Notes: generated by a model from the sequence alone, not told the origin. 63,980 nt of DNA, filler included, from Asterionella formosa (GCA_002256025.1; 19 parts of 19 records of this genome joined end to end with filler, not necessarily neighbours in it), one strand, 5' to 3'. Shown: positions 49,198 through 63,104, numbered from the whole stretch's first letter. Numbers and translations are program-made.

Positions 49198-50293
49198 CTA
49201 CAATTCTGGAACATCAGGAAAGCCCAAGAGCTTTGCCATGTGACCGAGTTCCTCGTTCGTTTCGAAAATCTTCTCTCCTCCTTGAATTCTCTCCATCACT
49301 GCCACGTCTTCCATCATGTGTATTGGCGAAGTCGTTCCATCGAGAGGAGTCACGTAGCCTAGGGACATGAGGAAGGCATACATGTACGTTTGAGGCGTAA
49401 GATTCTTTTTCGCGGCAAGCTCCTTCACTTCAGGAAGCGCTAACGCTTGTCTATTTGCAGTTAGTGTCCAAAATGATTGATACCAAATGTTGTTTTCTTT
49501 GGCAAACTGTCGCAACTCTGAATCGAAATCGCTCTCAGCATAAAGTCTGTTCTGCAGAACACTGGGCTTGATTCTTGCTTGCTGATAAATAGCAAGAAAC
49601 GTGTTGTAATCGTAGCAGTTGGAAATCCCCAACCGTCTGACCTTTCCTTCGTCAACAAATGATTCCATGACTCTCCAGACCTTCATCGTCGCCTCGACTG
49701 TATTCTCCGGCGAATGCATAACAAGGGAGTCCAAATAGTCCGTCTTTAGATTCTCGAGTGAAACCACCAATGATTGCTTACATTGATCCTCTACCGGTGC
49801 TCCTTTGTCATAGGGTATTTTATTAGGATCTTGACCTGAAAGGGACGTGAATTTGGTCTGCAAGTAAATGTCCTCTCGCTTCAACCCTAGCTCTTGCACC
49901 GCACTGGTCCACCCGTCGCCAACTCCTGGCTCATTGTAGTGCTTGGGCTGACAAGCCGTGTCCACGAATCTAAATCCAGCCACAATCGCATCGTGTACGT
50001 TCTTGGCGGTCCCTTCTTTCTTCCAAGCCGTTCCATATACCAGAAATGGCTTTCCAGCGGCGACTAGTTGAGTCGCAGAATGCGCTTCGGCCAGCGTGCG
50101 GAACTGGCTCTGACACAGGAATGGAAGAGCTGTTGCCTTGAGTGTGGTGTGGCAGATGTTGTTAGACAAATGAACGAGTCAAACGCACCTGTTTTCCATC
50201 GAAGAGACACACGCAAACGATGGTACCCACCACAGCAGTCATCCCGACAAGACCGAGACGAACTCGGGGCGTTGAAACGCTGGCAGCCTTCAT
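49198..50293 (-). CDS. Aldo/keto reductase with N-terminal hydrophobic anchor; exons 50293-50189, 50109-49198
   Basis: YGTAWK, GFRFVDTACQPKHYNEPGVG, REDIYLQTKF, DYLDSLVMHSP and LGISNCY motifs. Exon 1 MKAASVSTPRVRLGLVGMTAVVGTIVCVCLFDGKQ splices in phase 0 (GTGCGT..TCAG). Confidence 0.93.
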
Positions 50294-53200
50294 GACGTCT
50301 TTCTTGTTGATTCCGACCATGGGGGAGCAATCTTGTCACTGGCGCCGCGCCGAGGAGACTTTATGAATGAGGGAGCGAAGCTAGAAGTTCCGGTAATTAG
50401 CTTCCAACGGGCCGGAACTAACAGTAATCACAAACAAGAAGGCAAGAATGGCANNNNNNNNNNNNNNNNNNNNNNNNNNNNNNNNNNNNNNNNNNNNTTA
50501 ATTAATTAANNNNNNNNNNNNNNNNNNNNNNNNNNNNNNNNNNNNNNNNNNNNAGCTAGTTAAAATAAATTATTGTTGGACCAGTGCAATGTGATCCATC
50601 CGCTTTTCCTTTGAAAGAAAGCTCTGCTGTCTAGAAAATTTGGCTGCTGCACACTACACACTAACATTCTTATGAAGGATCTGATGGTCATGCACAGCAT
50701 TGGGAAGCAAATTCTATGCATTAACTAGGTACTACCTATCTTTGGCTGGAAATCGACTCACAGGGATTTCAGATGCGTTGGTGGTGTAATTTGCTTCCAG
50801 TCCGAAAGCATGCATCGCTCTTGATTTCAGGATTTCAGTAATTGTGATTTGGTGTCACTCCCTGAGAAGTGATGTCATTGTTGCTCCAGTTGAAGCAACT
50901 TGTCTATTTTCTCGCAAAATCGACTCACACACTTTCCAGATGAGGTAGCTATATTGTGCTTGTTACATGTTGCTAAACTGCGATTCATGTTGGTATGGCT
51001 TTGGCGTGGAAAACCAGCATGCTCATTAAGCGATAAATCGAAGCAAGCCTGTCAAAGTCCGTAATGTAGACTGTAGATTCCCGGTTTTTTTTCCTCATGG
51101 TGCTGGCTGGCAACAGAAAGAAATTTAGCAAAAGTGGATGATAAGCAAGATATCAGTGATGACCTGCATGCAATGCCTTACCGATACCGATATTGCAGAG
51201 CTTTCGATTTTTTGACAAGCAATGCAAGCAATGCAAACAATGCATTCCTTTACAGAAAACAGATGAAAATGATGCTTTCGCAGGGAGTAGGCAAGCAAAG
51301 CATGGCAAGAGTTGGAAGTTCGCTCAGGCTGTTTACTACACAAGCCTAAGCCGCCTAAGCCTAACCATAAGCTTAACCCTAACGGAAGCAAACATTGGAG
51401 GCAAGCGCATTTTTCTAGAAAGTACTATTTGTGACAACAACGATTTGCTGGATGGGCCGCATGTTTCGATTATCAGTTGAAAAACTTATTTATTGTCGTC
51501 AACATTACAGAATACTCTGCACGTAGCTACCTTCCCCTAAAGAACAAAGTTAGTTGTGCACCACTTTGGTAACAATTTGCATACGCTTCCTTCGACCTAT
51601 CGCCCCTGCAGCTGCGCCCCCAACTTTCAATGATACAAATTTCGAATTTAATTTCAGGCTCCAAGAGTGCTGAATAAGCAACAATCAAAACGACAATGAA
51701 CAACAACTTGAAAATGAATTCGGATTTGACGTGGGTGTAATGGTGGGCTGGTTGTGGAGCCAGAATACCACCACAACAGTCTTCTTAGTAAGACCCCAAA
51801 GACACTCTGTGTACTCTGACAGGAGTTTGAAGTGGGAATCGGTGGTCGAAAGCCTGATAGGCTAGTCTATTTACAAGGGTCGAAAGGGGGCATGTAAAGT
51901 GCCTCTATTGCCACTTGGCGCAAGGTCTTGTGGGAAGCAGTGGCATGCTTAGTTCGAGCTGGATAGCTTTACTGCTCATTTAGCTATTGACCGCATTTAT
52001 GAGTGAAGCATATCGTGTTGGCAAAACATTCTCCCAGATAGCTAGCTAATCAACCAAATGATGAAGGATTGTTGCAATGGTGGGCATCCACTTCTACACG
52101 TTTAGTTTCCTGGAAATAACAATACATTGACTATCATTAACACAAAAATATATATACTACTACTAGCTAGTAGATTTTTCAATATTCTACAATCATGAGA
52201 TGATGTAGCAACAAGCAAGTCAAAGTTTTGTCCTCCACATCGCTCATCATTGCTTTCTTCTTCTTCAGAATCAATTGTGGTGATGGCACCAATTTCCTGT
52301 CGAAGTTTTTCCAAAAAGGGTTTTGCATTGCATCGTCGCTCATTGGCACTGAATAAAGCCTTCACTTTGCCTTTCTTCAACTTATATNNNNNNNNNNNNN
52401 NNNNNNNNNNNNNNNNNNNNNNNNNNNNNNNTTAATTAATTAANNNNNNNNNNNNNNNNNNNNNNNNNNNNNNNNNNNNNNNNNNNNCATGAAAATATGA
52501 TCAAGGGTATCGTACGCTAAGTGGCACAGGATTTTCACATATATGATAGTTTTTTGAGCAAAAATATGATCAATGTATCATATTATTATGATCACGCAGT
52601 AAACTTTTACCGAGCTTGAAGTATGATGAGACTATCATACTTATAATACCATTGCATCATATAATTAGTTAAACATGGTCATATGATGTGGTGTATACTT
52701 TTGTCATACATCTATCTTAGAATGATCATAATTCTCATCGATATCCCTGTCTAAAATAGGATGAAATTGAAAGAAATTTAGAACTATTTTAAGCTAAGAA
52801 TAGTTCTATGATTCTATATCTTTAGTGGCTACAGAATGTTCTACAATGCTCTCATCGCAATGATTGTTGGTGCCGCTTTCACTTCCACCTTCTTCCCAAT
52901 CCAATTCTGAAGGTTGTTGTACTGGTTGCCTTGTCGTTGTTCCCCTGCTTGCTTTGTTCAATTTACTCCTGAGTGTTCTGAGTTTGCATTCACGCACTAT
53001 TGAATCCGTTTTGTTGTTCTAATCAGCCATACTGACAAAGAGAAGCAATTCATTGTCAGCTGTTCATGTTTTGCTTACACAACAACATTCATTTCGCTTC
53101 TATCTTGCTTCACTTACCACAAATTGAGGAAGTAACTGATGTATATTTCCGTAGAAGAATGTGTCAGTCGAAGATTGAATGAGAATCAAAGTATCAATCA

Positions 53201-54421
53201 ATAAATGTGCTCCAGCACTGCTCTTTGTAACTTACAAATACTGTTTGCCTACCATTATCCTGAAAGAAGCAACACATATGTGTCAGTTTTTCTAACAGTT
53301 GTGGATTGATCCAAAGATGGCTGATAGGCAGCACTTACCGATTTCTTTTGTCCACGCACATTGATGGTTGACCAGCCACCAAATCGAAAAGGAGCTATTG
53401 AATCACTGAAAGGGGACGAGTCATTCCGTATTTGTGAGCCCAGCAATTGATCATCTTGGCATTTGCTCTTGACAAACCGTGATGCTATGCACAGCTTGTT
53501 GATTCCGCCGTTCTCCATCATATTCACTCATTCTTATCGTGTTGTATTTTCACTTCAGTTTTTCGCATCATATGTTGCTTGAGATCCTTCATTTGAGGAA
53601 GTGGATAGAACATGACAAGGAACATGAAAGGCATTTGCTCTTGACTTGTTACCATCAATTGATTCCGCCCTTCTCTTCTAAGCCGCCAGTATCATTGTGC
53701 TTAATTATCACTTTCGTTTTCCGCTTCATCATCTGTGTTAATCCTTTAATTCAGGAGCAAAGTGTATGAATGACAAGGAACATGAAAACATGATTTCAAA
53801 TGTTTCAGCCATGAATATATCTATATAAAGATTTGTAAAAAGTTTAAATGTATACATAGTTGAACATTTGCATAGTTTTAAACACGCTCATTATACGGCC
53901 CATCCTGTGTATACTAATATCAATTTTGATTATACATAGTTTCAATATATACAATGCATGATGAGTTCATAGTTTTCCACGACCTGTTGAGTTTTTTCAA
54001 TTTTTTTTGAGTCAATCCTTGTACCTACAAGTCAGTGGCTGATTTAGTTAAGCCCCTTACTAATAAACGGGAGTCATCACCAATTTTTCAAATTGTCGAA
54101 ATCATACATTTATGTATATAGACATATTGACCAAAATTCATATGGCCTACGGGTAGAACTGTATAATTGCTGGTAATTACTTCTATCATGGAAATACCAC
54201 AATATTGCAGCGAAAAACTGAATATGCTCATGTGCTTAGGATCATTTGATCATATTTTTAAGATCAATTAATCCTGATTCTTGAAAATAAATGTTGATTG
54301 TTCATTTTCTCATCAACGACANNNNNNNNNNNNNNNNNNNNNNNNNNNNNNNNNNNNNNNNNNNNTTAATTAATTAANNNNNNNNNNNNNNNNNNNNNNN
54401 NNNNNNNNNNNNNNNNNNNNN

Positions 54422-54787
54422 CAGTGGTGTCTTGGTGGAGTATGTGCTGTTCCTTTTGGAACCTATGGTGAAAATTCACCCTATTCTCCATTTGGATATG
54501 GAACTGGTTTCACTTATACAAGTGGGCGTACTGGAAAGTTCATCATGACAGAAGAACTGAATGCATCTGAGTCTTTTACCTATACTTGCAAGGCGTTTTA
54601 CAACGATGTACAGTGTACTTCGTGCAAATATTACTCCTGTGGTGGAAATTACTGGCCATATGTGGACTGCAGCAATATTCAGCAAGGTGCTACTGCCAAT
54701 TTTTGCTACCTAAACAATGGCGTCCCCAACAACCCAAACCATTTGCTGTTTGGGTTGGCTGTTGAGTATTATTCACCATGCGTTTAG
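54422..54787 (+). CDS. C-terminal part of a small Cys-rich, probably secreted protein
   Basis: The frame is open from the contig edge. CKAFYNDVQCTSC..SC..VDCSN..FC is a cysteine pattern typical of extracellular proteins. Confidence 0.6.
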   Translation, partial: QWCLGGVCAVPFGTYGENSPYSPFGYGTGFTYTSGRTGKFIMTEELNASESFTYTCKAFYNDVQCTSCKYYSCGGNYWPYVDCSNIQQGATANFCYLNNGVPNNPNHLLFGLAVEYYSPCV

Positions 54788-57159
54788 GTGATGTGATGGA
54801 GAATGCAGTGTGTGTTTGTTCCTGTTTTATGTGCGATTGCTTCCTATATTGGGCTGTAGTTCTCAAGAAGCTTATTTTTGTATGACCTGACAAACAAACC
54901 AATCATATATTTATATAGGAATATTAATGACAACTAATTCCCGTTTTCCACCAGGCCATGCAGCTGCAACAAGGGGTATAATAATATTGGTTCCAATATT
55001 CATTTTCATATTCGTTATGCCCTTTTTGTATCACGTGTACCGGTATATTAGTTTTGCATCCTAGGGATGCCTATTAGTTCTGCCAATTCTGTAGTGCATA
55101 GTCTATCGGTATATGAAATATGATAAATGCTAGGTAAAATCTAAATGTTGAACTAATATCATCAGATATAATGGCATGATATCACTTACATGTTACTTTC
55201 TAATTACGACTAGGAATATTGTTACTGATGCATTCGCTTCTATAAATCTGACGACGTACCTTGAATGTTTACCGTTCCTGGTACCAGGTAGTCAGATCTA
55301 CCAGTCATTCTTGTAATGTTAAGGCTGAACTAAACAGGCCAGTCTATAGCAAGGTAATGGCCATGATGCCATCGCTCAAGGGAGAGCGATGACAGGGCGA
55401 TTTCATTCTTGTAAATCTCATGACTATAGCGGTATACCGGTACTGGTAGCAGGTACCTGAAAAACAAATGCTTATTGATACTATGACCAACCCTCGAAAA
55501 TGACCAGGGTATTATATTATCTAGCAGTATGTTAGATTCAGAAAGAGGATGGGTGTGACAATTTTGGGGCGTTCGCAGTACTGGTATATCGTATACCAGC
55601 TACAAGAAACCAGATATTGTTGCATTGTTGGGGATATTACAAAGAAACCATTATCTACGTCGTAGCATTGGGCTGTACCGGTAGGGTTTTGTTTAGTGCC
55701 TTCGTTTAGTGATACTATTTATTACGGTACCAGTACCGTTAGTCCGTGGTATGTTTTTGTTACTGTCATCTCAACGCTGCTTTAATTGTTGTGCAATGTT
55801 TCGGCCGTGATGTTGCCGTCTCTCAAACCCGAGCGATACGAGACAATTTCATTCTTGTCAATCGATTGACCATCCGAAATCAATTCTTGATACCGTGGTA
55901 CGGAGTTCGCATGATGCAGTGCATAAAAAGTAATGTGCGACAAAACTGAACGACAAAATTGATGCACCAAAAACGAATATCATAACTCTCGAAATTCCTC
56001 AACATTTTTTAAAGAATTTATCAGGATGAAGTATGTAAGTACTAAATGACGACCATCAAAGAAGCATGTGCAAGCCGACATGCGTAGAGAAAATCAATAT
56101 AGACCACCAAGTTCCAAATAGCAGGCAGAGAAAGATTCGATATTCAACTCATCGTCAGTTTCAATAATTGGTTTGGTTTCATTTCGAAAATTTACGATTG
56201 ATCAGGTCCAACTAACTCTCATTGTTCCTCCTCATCAGTTTATGCCCCTCTTGTNNNNNNNNNNNNNNNNNNNNNNNNNNNNNNNNNNNNNNNNNNNNTT
56301 AATTAATTAANNNNNNNNNNNNNNNNNNNNNNNNNNNNNNNNNNNNNNNNNNNNAACAACAACAAAATACTATCGATGACAAGTGGAATGATTGTTTGCG
56401 ATAACGATGTTTTCAATTGTTGGTCAAGTGATCGTTATATCTTTGAGTAATCGTGATGTGCAGTGAACCTCGTCTGTAAATAAAAAACCGTTAGGCCTAA
56501 CAGTTTTGCTATAAGACCCACTGCCCCAAAAATTCTCAGTATGACATACCATTTTTTGATTGATCATGCAAAAAAACTGATTGATCATACAGAAATACTG
56601 ATTGATCATACAAAAAAATGATTGATTGATTAATATTGTTGCATTGATGTTACGTGTAATTAGCATAGATCACATACATATTATCATGTAATATCTAATC
56701 GATTGCATTTGTAACATTAATAACGAATCACATTTAGTATACACTCATCATATATATATCAATTAAATTCAAATCAATAGATCATACAATATAAGTATGA
56801 TCAATACAGCACTCTCACTCTTATTATCAACAAACGTTTTGGTATTCGATCTAAAGATAGTAATCGTGAGATCAAATCAGTTATTCATTCGGTCTAACCT
56901 TTGGAATGCTAATATCAAATAGAATTTTTAGCTTTCGATCTAACGTTCGTTCCTACTGATCTAACTAATTTCTCTCATTGATCAAACCTATTATCATGTT
57001 TGATCAATGATGAACGCAAATCTAATTGAATGGATTGTTATTTAATACTCAAATATTCTACTTCTGGTCACCCATACTTTCCACTGTGCATCCTCTATCA
57101 GAATGAGCACACAGTGGTCTTCTATACCTTAATTTTCACTTCCGGTAGCTATGTTTATA

Positions 57160-57966
57160 TCATTACAATGCATTCCTTGGTGGAAGTTCACCAAAAACCA
57201 GCACCAGGTAATTTATTATGTTTTGACATGCTTCACATATGCTTACAATATATTTTTCCATTCTTGCTTTTAATGTAGGATGATGAAAATGTGTAGCAAT
57301 TGTGGCAATTGTAGAAATTGTAGCTTTTGATTTTGTCATACCCACATGAGTTAACATCTGATGATACCAATTAACTATTAATAATGGGATCCAATAGTGA
57401 TGTAGGAATAGCAATATGCCAAGTATCTCCTGGATTCTTCACAAAGAAACATAGTAAATGTAAATCATGAAATTGATAAAGGGATGTGTTTGTTGATTGA
57501 GAAAGAGATGCGTTTGTTGGCTGATTGAGAATGAGATGTGTTGTTTGATTGAGAATCAATTGTGTATCCAGAAAATTTTTTATCATTTATTGAATTATAA
57601 CCCAGAGGATATTGAATAATGTCTGCCAAGATTGGATGATTGAGGAAACAGGTAAACAGAGGATGAGGTTCATCATCTAATTCGATTGAGAAAGTAGAAG
57701 TGGATGTTGATGCTGATGCTGATGCTGAAGATCTCGGCCCAACATCATCCCCCACCAAAGACTCAAGCCTCAGGAGGCGAGAGATAGTAGAATCTGTAAT
57801 AGTTCTTTCTTAATTGAAAATCAGAAACATCAGTAAAAAAATGGACAGGAAAATTATGATCAGGATAACACATGAGTGCTGTATCAGCAACTGACAATGC
57901 TTTCATTGATTCAAAAGCTTGTGATATAAGCATACGTAACCAGACAAATGGAGTGACCAGTTCCAT
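57160..57966 (-). mobile_element. Degraded Ty3/Gypsy pol remnant (RNase H connection + integrase zinc finger)
   Basis: PFVW..QAFESMKA..YPDHNFPVHFFTDVSDFQL, then WYHQMLTHVG..TI..HFHHPTLK..CEACQ (HHCC). RNase H precedes integrase, which is the Gypsy order. Confidence 0.85.
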
Positions 57967-58534
57967 TTAAATCCTTTTTTAATTTTGAAGACCAAAATTT
58001 GAGGTCGGTTGGAGTTTATTGATATCCCAATGAGTCAGTTTCTTCAACAGACCATTTCATTTGGAATTGTTCTTGATGACTTGTGGTTGAATACATTTAT
58101 TCCAGCCATATCAGCTGCTTTCCGTATCTGTATAGTTTGCAGCTTTAGTGTTCCATGTGTCAACATAATCCTTGATAGGTGTATCANNNNNNNNNNNNNN
58201 NNNNNNNNNNNNNNNNNNNNNNNNNNNNNNTTAATTAATTAANNNNNNNNNNNNNNNNNNNNNNNNNNNNNNNNNNNNNNNNNNNNTCATAATAATCAAA
58301 ACACCCTATAATAATAAAACACTATCCTATGATGTACATTCTTTCATCATTTATCTATCCTTCCATAATGGTAACTCTAGGTTGAAATGGATGGTAACTC
58401 TAATCGAAACAGCTGTTAAAAATAGGTTAAAATGAATTGTAATTTTACTGTTATATCATGAAATGATTTTATGTTTCTAATTTTTGCGCAGTTAAACAGC
58501 CAATGTTCCCCTTTTCTATTGTTTCAATGATCTT

Positions 58535-58745
58535 GATACATGCCTCCCGTCTCCCTTCAATGCTCATGAGGATGCATGCCTCCTCCGCCTCCCTTCAATG
58601 CTCATGAGGGTGCATGCCTCCTCCGCCTCCCTTCAATGTTTTTGATGCATGCCTCCTGCTTACCTTAAATGTTTTTGAGAATTCATGCCTCCCTCCCCAC
58701 ATCCCGCCTTCAAACCTCTTGATGTATACCTCCCGCCTCCTTCCT
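58535..58745. repeat. Degenerate minisatellite, ~36-38-bp unit (GATGCATGCCTCCTCCGCCTCCCTTCAATGCTCATGAG), about 6 copies
   Basis: Directly visible tandem units that diverge toward the 3' end. Confidence 0.88.
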
Positions 58746-60218
58746 TGCTTCCACTCTGATTCTGAAACTTGTCTGACTACTTGCTAAAAATCCCATATTT
58801 TTTTGATCCAATTCTGAATTCGAATGCGCTATTCCAATCCTGTTTTATCCATGTTGATTTCCTAATCATACTCACAATGAGAAGGAATTACTTGCTCATT
58901 AGCCATGTTTTGTTTATACCTCGCTCAACACTGCAGTCCCATTTTATCATGCTTCACTTACCACAAATCGATGAACTTTTTGATCAAAAAACCGTTCCAC
59001 CAATTTCATTTATAACTTACAACAAAACTGTTTGATTGAAAATATCCTGAAAGATTAAAAAACACACATGTGTCTATGATTGAGAATGAAACAGATTTCT
59101 TTGAACAAGTGCAGGTGTTACTTGGCAAGATGTCAGAGCTTGATCCTGTGCTGCGGCTCTTTCCTCTAGAGACAACCACAGAGGACAATTTGGATTCAGA
59201 CGCTGAGACGTGGTCTGTTGTCTGAGACTAGAGAGAAGTAAATCATACAGCGAACCGCTTCAAAACAGCAGCATTTTAGTAGTTTTCTTGATATCAGGTC
59301 TCATCATTCAAGCAACACACTTAAGCGCCATTTTATCCCATATCTTCAATCTTCCAAAGTGTATATGGAGGAGTACTATCTAAAGAGTCTTGAAGAAGTC
59401 CAGGTGGGATGGTTATTTGGAAAAAATGTTTTCTAGTCTCAAGTGCAGGGATGAAATCTTGGCTAAACAAATGCTGGGCACCACGGCACTCGAGATGGAC
59501 TATCAGATCCATATGCAGAGTATCAGATTTCCCGAAATTCGACAATGCAATCACCAAGGTCCTCCGAATCTCTGAAACCTTGCTCAACAGTGGGTTTTGT
59601 TGGAAATAAAGCAATAAACTTGTTTGCAACCAAAGAGGACTATAAATCCATAGCGCATTAATAATCCATCCAAACATCATGGCTTCTCACAACTTGCAGG
59701 ACAATACTTATGAACGAATTGACTGATGTGGATACCACATTGTGACTTCAAGGAAAATCCACAACATTTCGAAACTTCATGCTCAAGTCAGTTGATGCAT
59801 CCGGAAAATGCTTGATGTTGGATGCGGACTAGTATGCAACAAATGGAAAACCTACTATCATGATTTTCCCAAAAGATTGTGAACAACAAGCAGCATACCT
59901 GTGCGTGAAACAATCGAGTAGTCTTATCTTGAAGAATATAATGGAAATACCCACCACACAATATTTTTCGATGAAGCAGGTACCACTTGGGTGTTGGAGA
60001 AAATATTTTAGGAAAGAAAATCCCGGTATAAATTACCTACTACATATTGAATCGAATGAATCAAGAAAGAATATGGTACCAGAGAATTCGAAAACAATCT
60101 ACGCCAACAGTAAAAACCNNNNNNNNNNNNNNNNNNNNNNNNNNNNNNNNNNNNNNNNNNNNTTAATTAATTAANNNNNNNNNNNNNNNNNNNNNNNNNN
60201 NNNNNNNNNNNNNNNNNN

Positions 60219-60942
60219 GGACCAATGGGACCATTTTAGAAGCAATTGTCATTTTGTGAGGACCAGTAAATACGGCTGATGGAATAATTTCACCAAAAAA
60301 TAGCACCCCAATGACAGCAATCAATAGAGCCATATGAGTTGGGAATATAGAATCCAGAAAGATAGGTAGGGCTTCGTTGGCAATGCTATTGAGAAGTAGA
60401 AGAGTCACAAGCAGCAAATGATGCTTTCTGACAACAGGAAGGATACATGCTGCTTGATCCCGTTCTTTCTCTGTTGTCGAGACAGATCGTATCTTATTGA
60501 CCAATATTTGTGGATCTAGACTCACAAGTCCTATAGTCAGACCCGAGGCGTAAGCAGCTGTTAGGAGGCATAGAAGCGCGCCTAGGCCGTTTCTGATGTA
60601 ATACCAGTCTGATTCTGGGTTTCTCTCGGTTTCTACCGATGGTTCGGTTTCTTGTGATTCGTCATAATAAGGGTCGTATAGGACTCTCCGAGGGAGTGAT
60701 GAAGAGCAACGAGGAAAGTATGGTGCAAACTCATTGGAGGTGGGATGGCAAAGTCCCGAGATGCCGGCTGCTTCCAACAGAATGGAAGCTTCCATTGATG
60801 CCGACGCGATGTTGATTGGTTCTGATATAGAGGAAGCTTGTGAATGTGTCACGAGGAGGAGAAATGGGAATGTAGAAAGTAAGAACATCGTCAATACTGT
60901 TCTTTGCACAGTCGTCATGTTGGTTCCAGGTACCATCGTCAT
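60219..60942 (-). CDS. CNNM/DUF21 metal-transport membrane protein, 5' part
   Basis: Signal-like leader, then ASGLTIGLVSLD, HHLLLVTLLLLNSIANEALPIFLD and LFFGEIIPSAV, the diagnostic DUF21 motifs. Confidence 0.93.
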
Positions 60943-62149
60943 TTGTTGACGACAACAAAAATTGTGATCCGTTTTACTTAATTTATATTCGAGGTATAAT
61001 ACCGATATATAGTACGTATATATATATCCATGCATGATACCGGTGGGTATTCTTCCCTGCTTTCATTTTATGTATCATGTACCACGAACAGTATTGTTTA
61101 TTACGGCACCCGTTTGAATAATACTCCATACTCCCTACATAGCTATAAAACGCACTGACGGAATAAAGCATGCCGGTAGTACACAGCACCAGGTAGTACC
61201 ATTACCACTACTGGTACCTGGTAGCAGGTACCAGGGACACCATATTATATGGGAGATGTTGCGTGCACAACAGCAACAACTGACGATATCAGGCACTGAA
61301 AGTTTGAATATTTTGGTCGTGGTACCCGGTAGTTGTATTTATCATATACAATGTACACTATCCATGTTATGCAGGAGTAGAAGGCGAAGATAAAATTTAG
61401 AAGTAGCTATCATACCGAGTACCATCATGGATGTCCTGGTGGCTACCTGGTAACAGGTACCACTAAATACTGCTGCTACCTGGTACAAGGTGGTACTGGT
61501 ACTGAATTCCCTGATGGTACTGTATATACCATGTACGATACCTGCTAGGTAGCATTCTCCATGCTCCTTTCGTTCCTTTAGAAAAGTCCAATACTGCTTT
61601 TGTTAAGGACAGATTTAGCATTTTCGGGATTGATTCGGCGAAATAGGAATAAACTAAAGACGGATCAATCCGATGTTCATAGGCTTGTTCGTCCACAATA
61701 TGAACAAATGTACAACAGAACAAATCAAAATAGAAATATTTGGACCAAATTCCAGTTTGGTTTTCGCACTTTTCTTTTCGGCTCGAACCACCACCCATTG
61801 AAATGAGTGCTCGTGCCGCCACCTTTGGAACGGCCGGCGCAGAGATCGTTCTTCTGTGGCCTATGCATTTGTACAGCAAGAAGAACTCCACATCAAAACA
61901 CCAGTAATCGGTACCGGTAAATACAAGACGAGAACGTAAATCATAATAAAAAACACCAAACAGAAATACCATTCTTTGTGTGCTGCCCTCAGCATCGTAC
62001 ATTCCATTCAAATTACCATCAGAATGAACGCCTCCATCCTCCGCCGAAGNNNNNNNNNNNNNNNNNNNNNNNNNNNNNNNNNNNNNNNNNNNNTTAATTA
62101 ATTAANNNNNNNNNNNNNNNNNNNNNNNNNNNNNNNNNNNNNNNNNNNN

Positions 62150-62399
62150 AGACTGTCTCTCCAAACAGCATGACGTTATTGCTGGCATCACATGCCTTGA
62201 CGCATTGTTCAGTTATCTTGCTTCTGTAGTACCCAGGGTCGCAAGAAAGAGGCTTGTTAGGAAGAGATTTTTTCGATTTTTTCGACTGTTTCAACGCAGA
62301 CTTGTTCGACGCAGTCTTTTTGGACCCAAGAATGCGTGCCTCAACATGCGTTAACACGGCAATGAGGGCAAGGACACGAGCAAGCAGTGGGAGCTTCAT
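62150..62399 (-). CDS. 5' part of a secreted protein with Lys/Ser-rich segment and Cys motif
   Basis: Signal peptide MKLPLLARVLALIAVLTHVEA-R, then KKSKKS and CDPGYY..CVKAC. Open to the contig edge. Confidence 0.65.
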
Positions 62400-63104
62400 G
62401 ACGCCAATCAATGGGTTCGGTATGACGATGAGATGTGTTTCAGGGATTCAATGAGGATGGAGTACGGTAGTTGAAAGATCAAGATCTAGATCAAGATCAA
62501 AAAACTATTTGTTTGCGCTGAGATCCATCAGCCGCTTTTCCACGAATTGGAGTTCGATGTCGCACTCAGATCAGAGTCTCGATGAGTTCGCGCTTGATGG
62601 CTTCATTGAGTCGTTTCTGAGTCGTAGAGAACTCCAACGATGCCGGGAGGTGTCGCTTCTGCATTGCTACCGGTATTTTGTTCTTCAGTGTTTTCGTCTC
62701 TGTGCAAATTGTACATGAGTGCGAAAATTTCATCATTGCCATCCCTGCATGTATGTATAACGGTATTACCAGTATCTACTTTTATCGAAAGCATCATTGT
62801 TGTTCCGATGAGTTCCCGCCATGCAGCATGTCATTCTCTCGCTCAGAGAACGCCCTTGCCGGAAAGATATCGGTATTGCTTTTACCATCAGATGATCCTA
62901 CCCGTAGATCCTCTATGTTGCTAATCTTAGAAGAATCTAGGCAGTACGATTTTACTACCGGTATGTGGTATGTACTACCGGTACCGGTACACATTTATGG
63001 CCGAGCCACTTCATTTGGATGAGCATGGTGGCTCACAGGATACTACATACGACACCATACCGGCAGTCGTGCTACGAAAACCTAGATGATGGTACATGGT
63101 GGGA

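Noticed and set aside
58535..58745. 36-38-bp repeats as a possible CRISPR array
   Set aside because: Units are head-to-tail with no unique spacers, no cas genes are present, and the context is eukaryotic.
58769..60118. Fragmentary ORFs (also 32104-33044)
   Set aside because: Many stops and no identifiable family motif. Probably decayed repeats, but unassignable by eye.
61463..62049. 182-aa ORF
   Set aside because: No recognisable domain, and its 3' part runs into GGTACC repeats. It could hide a partial spliced gene but I cannot support that.
33045..62149. Regular ~1.93-kb periodicity of an identical 12-bp palindrome (array- or CRISPR-like)
   Set aside because: It is the artificial N-padded TTAATTAATTAA joiner between length-sorted contigs, not biology.
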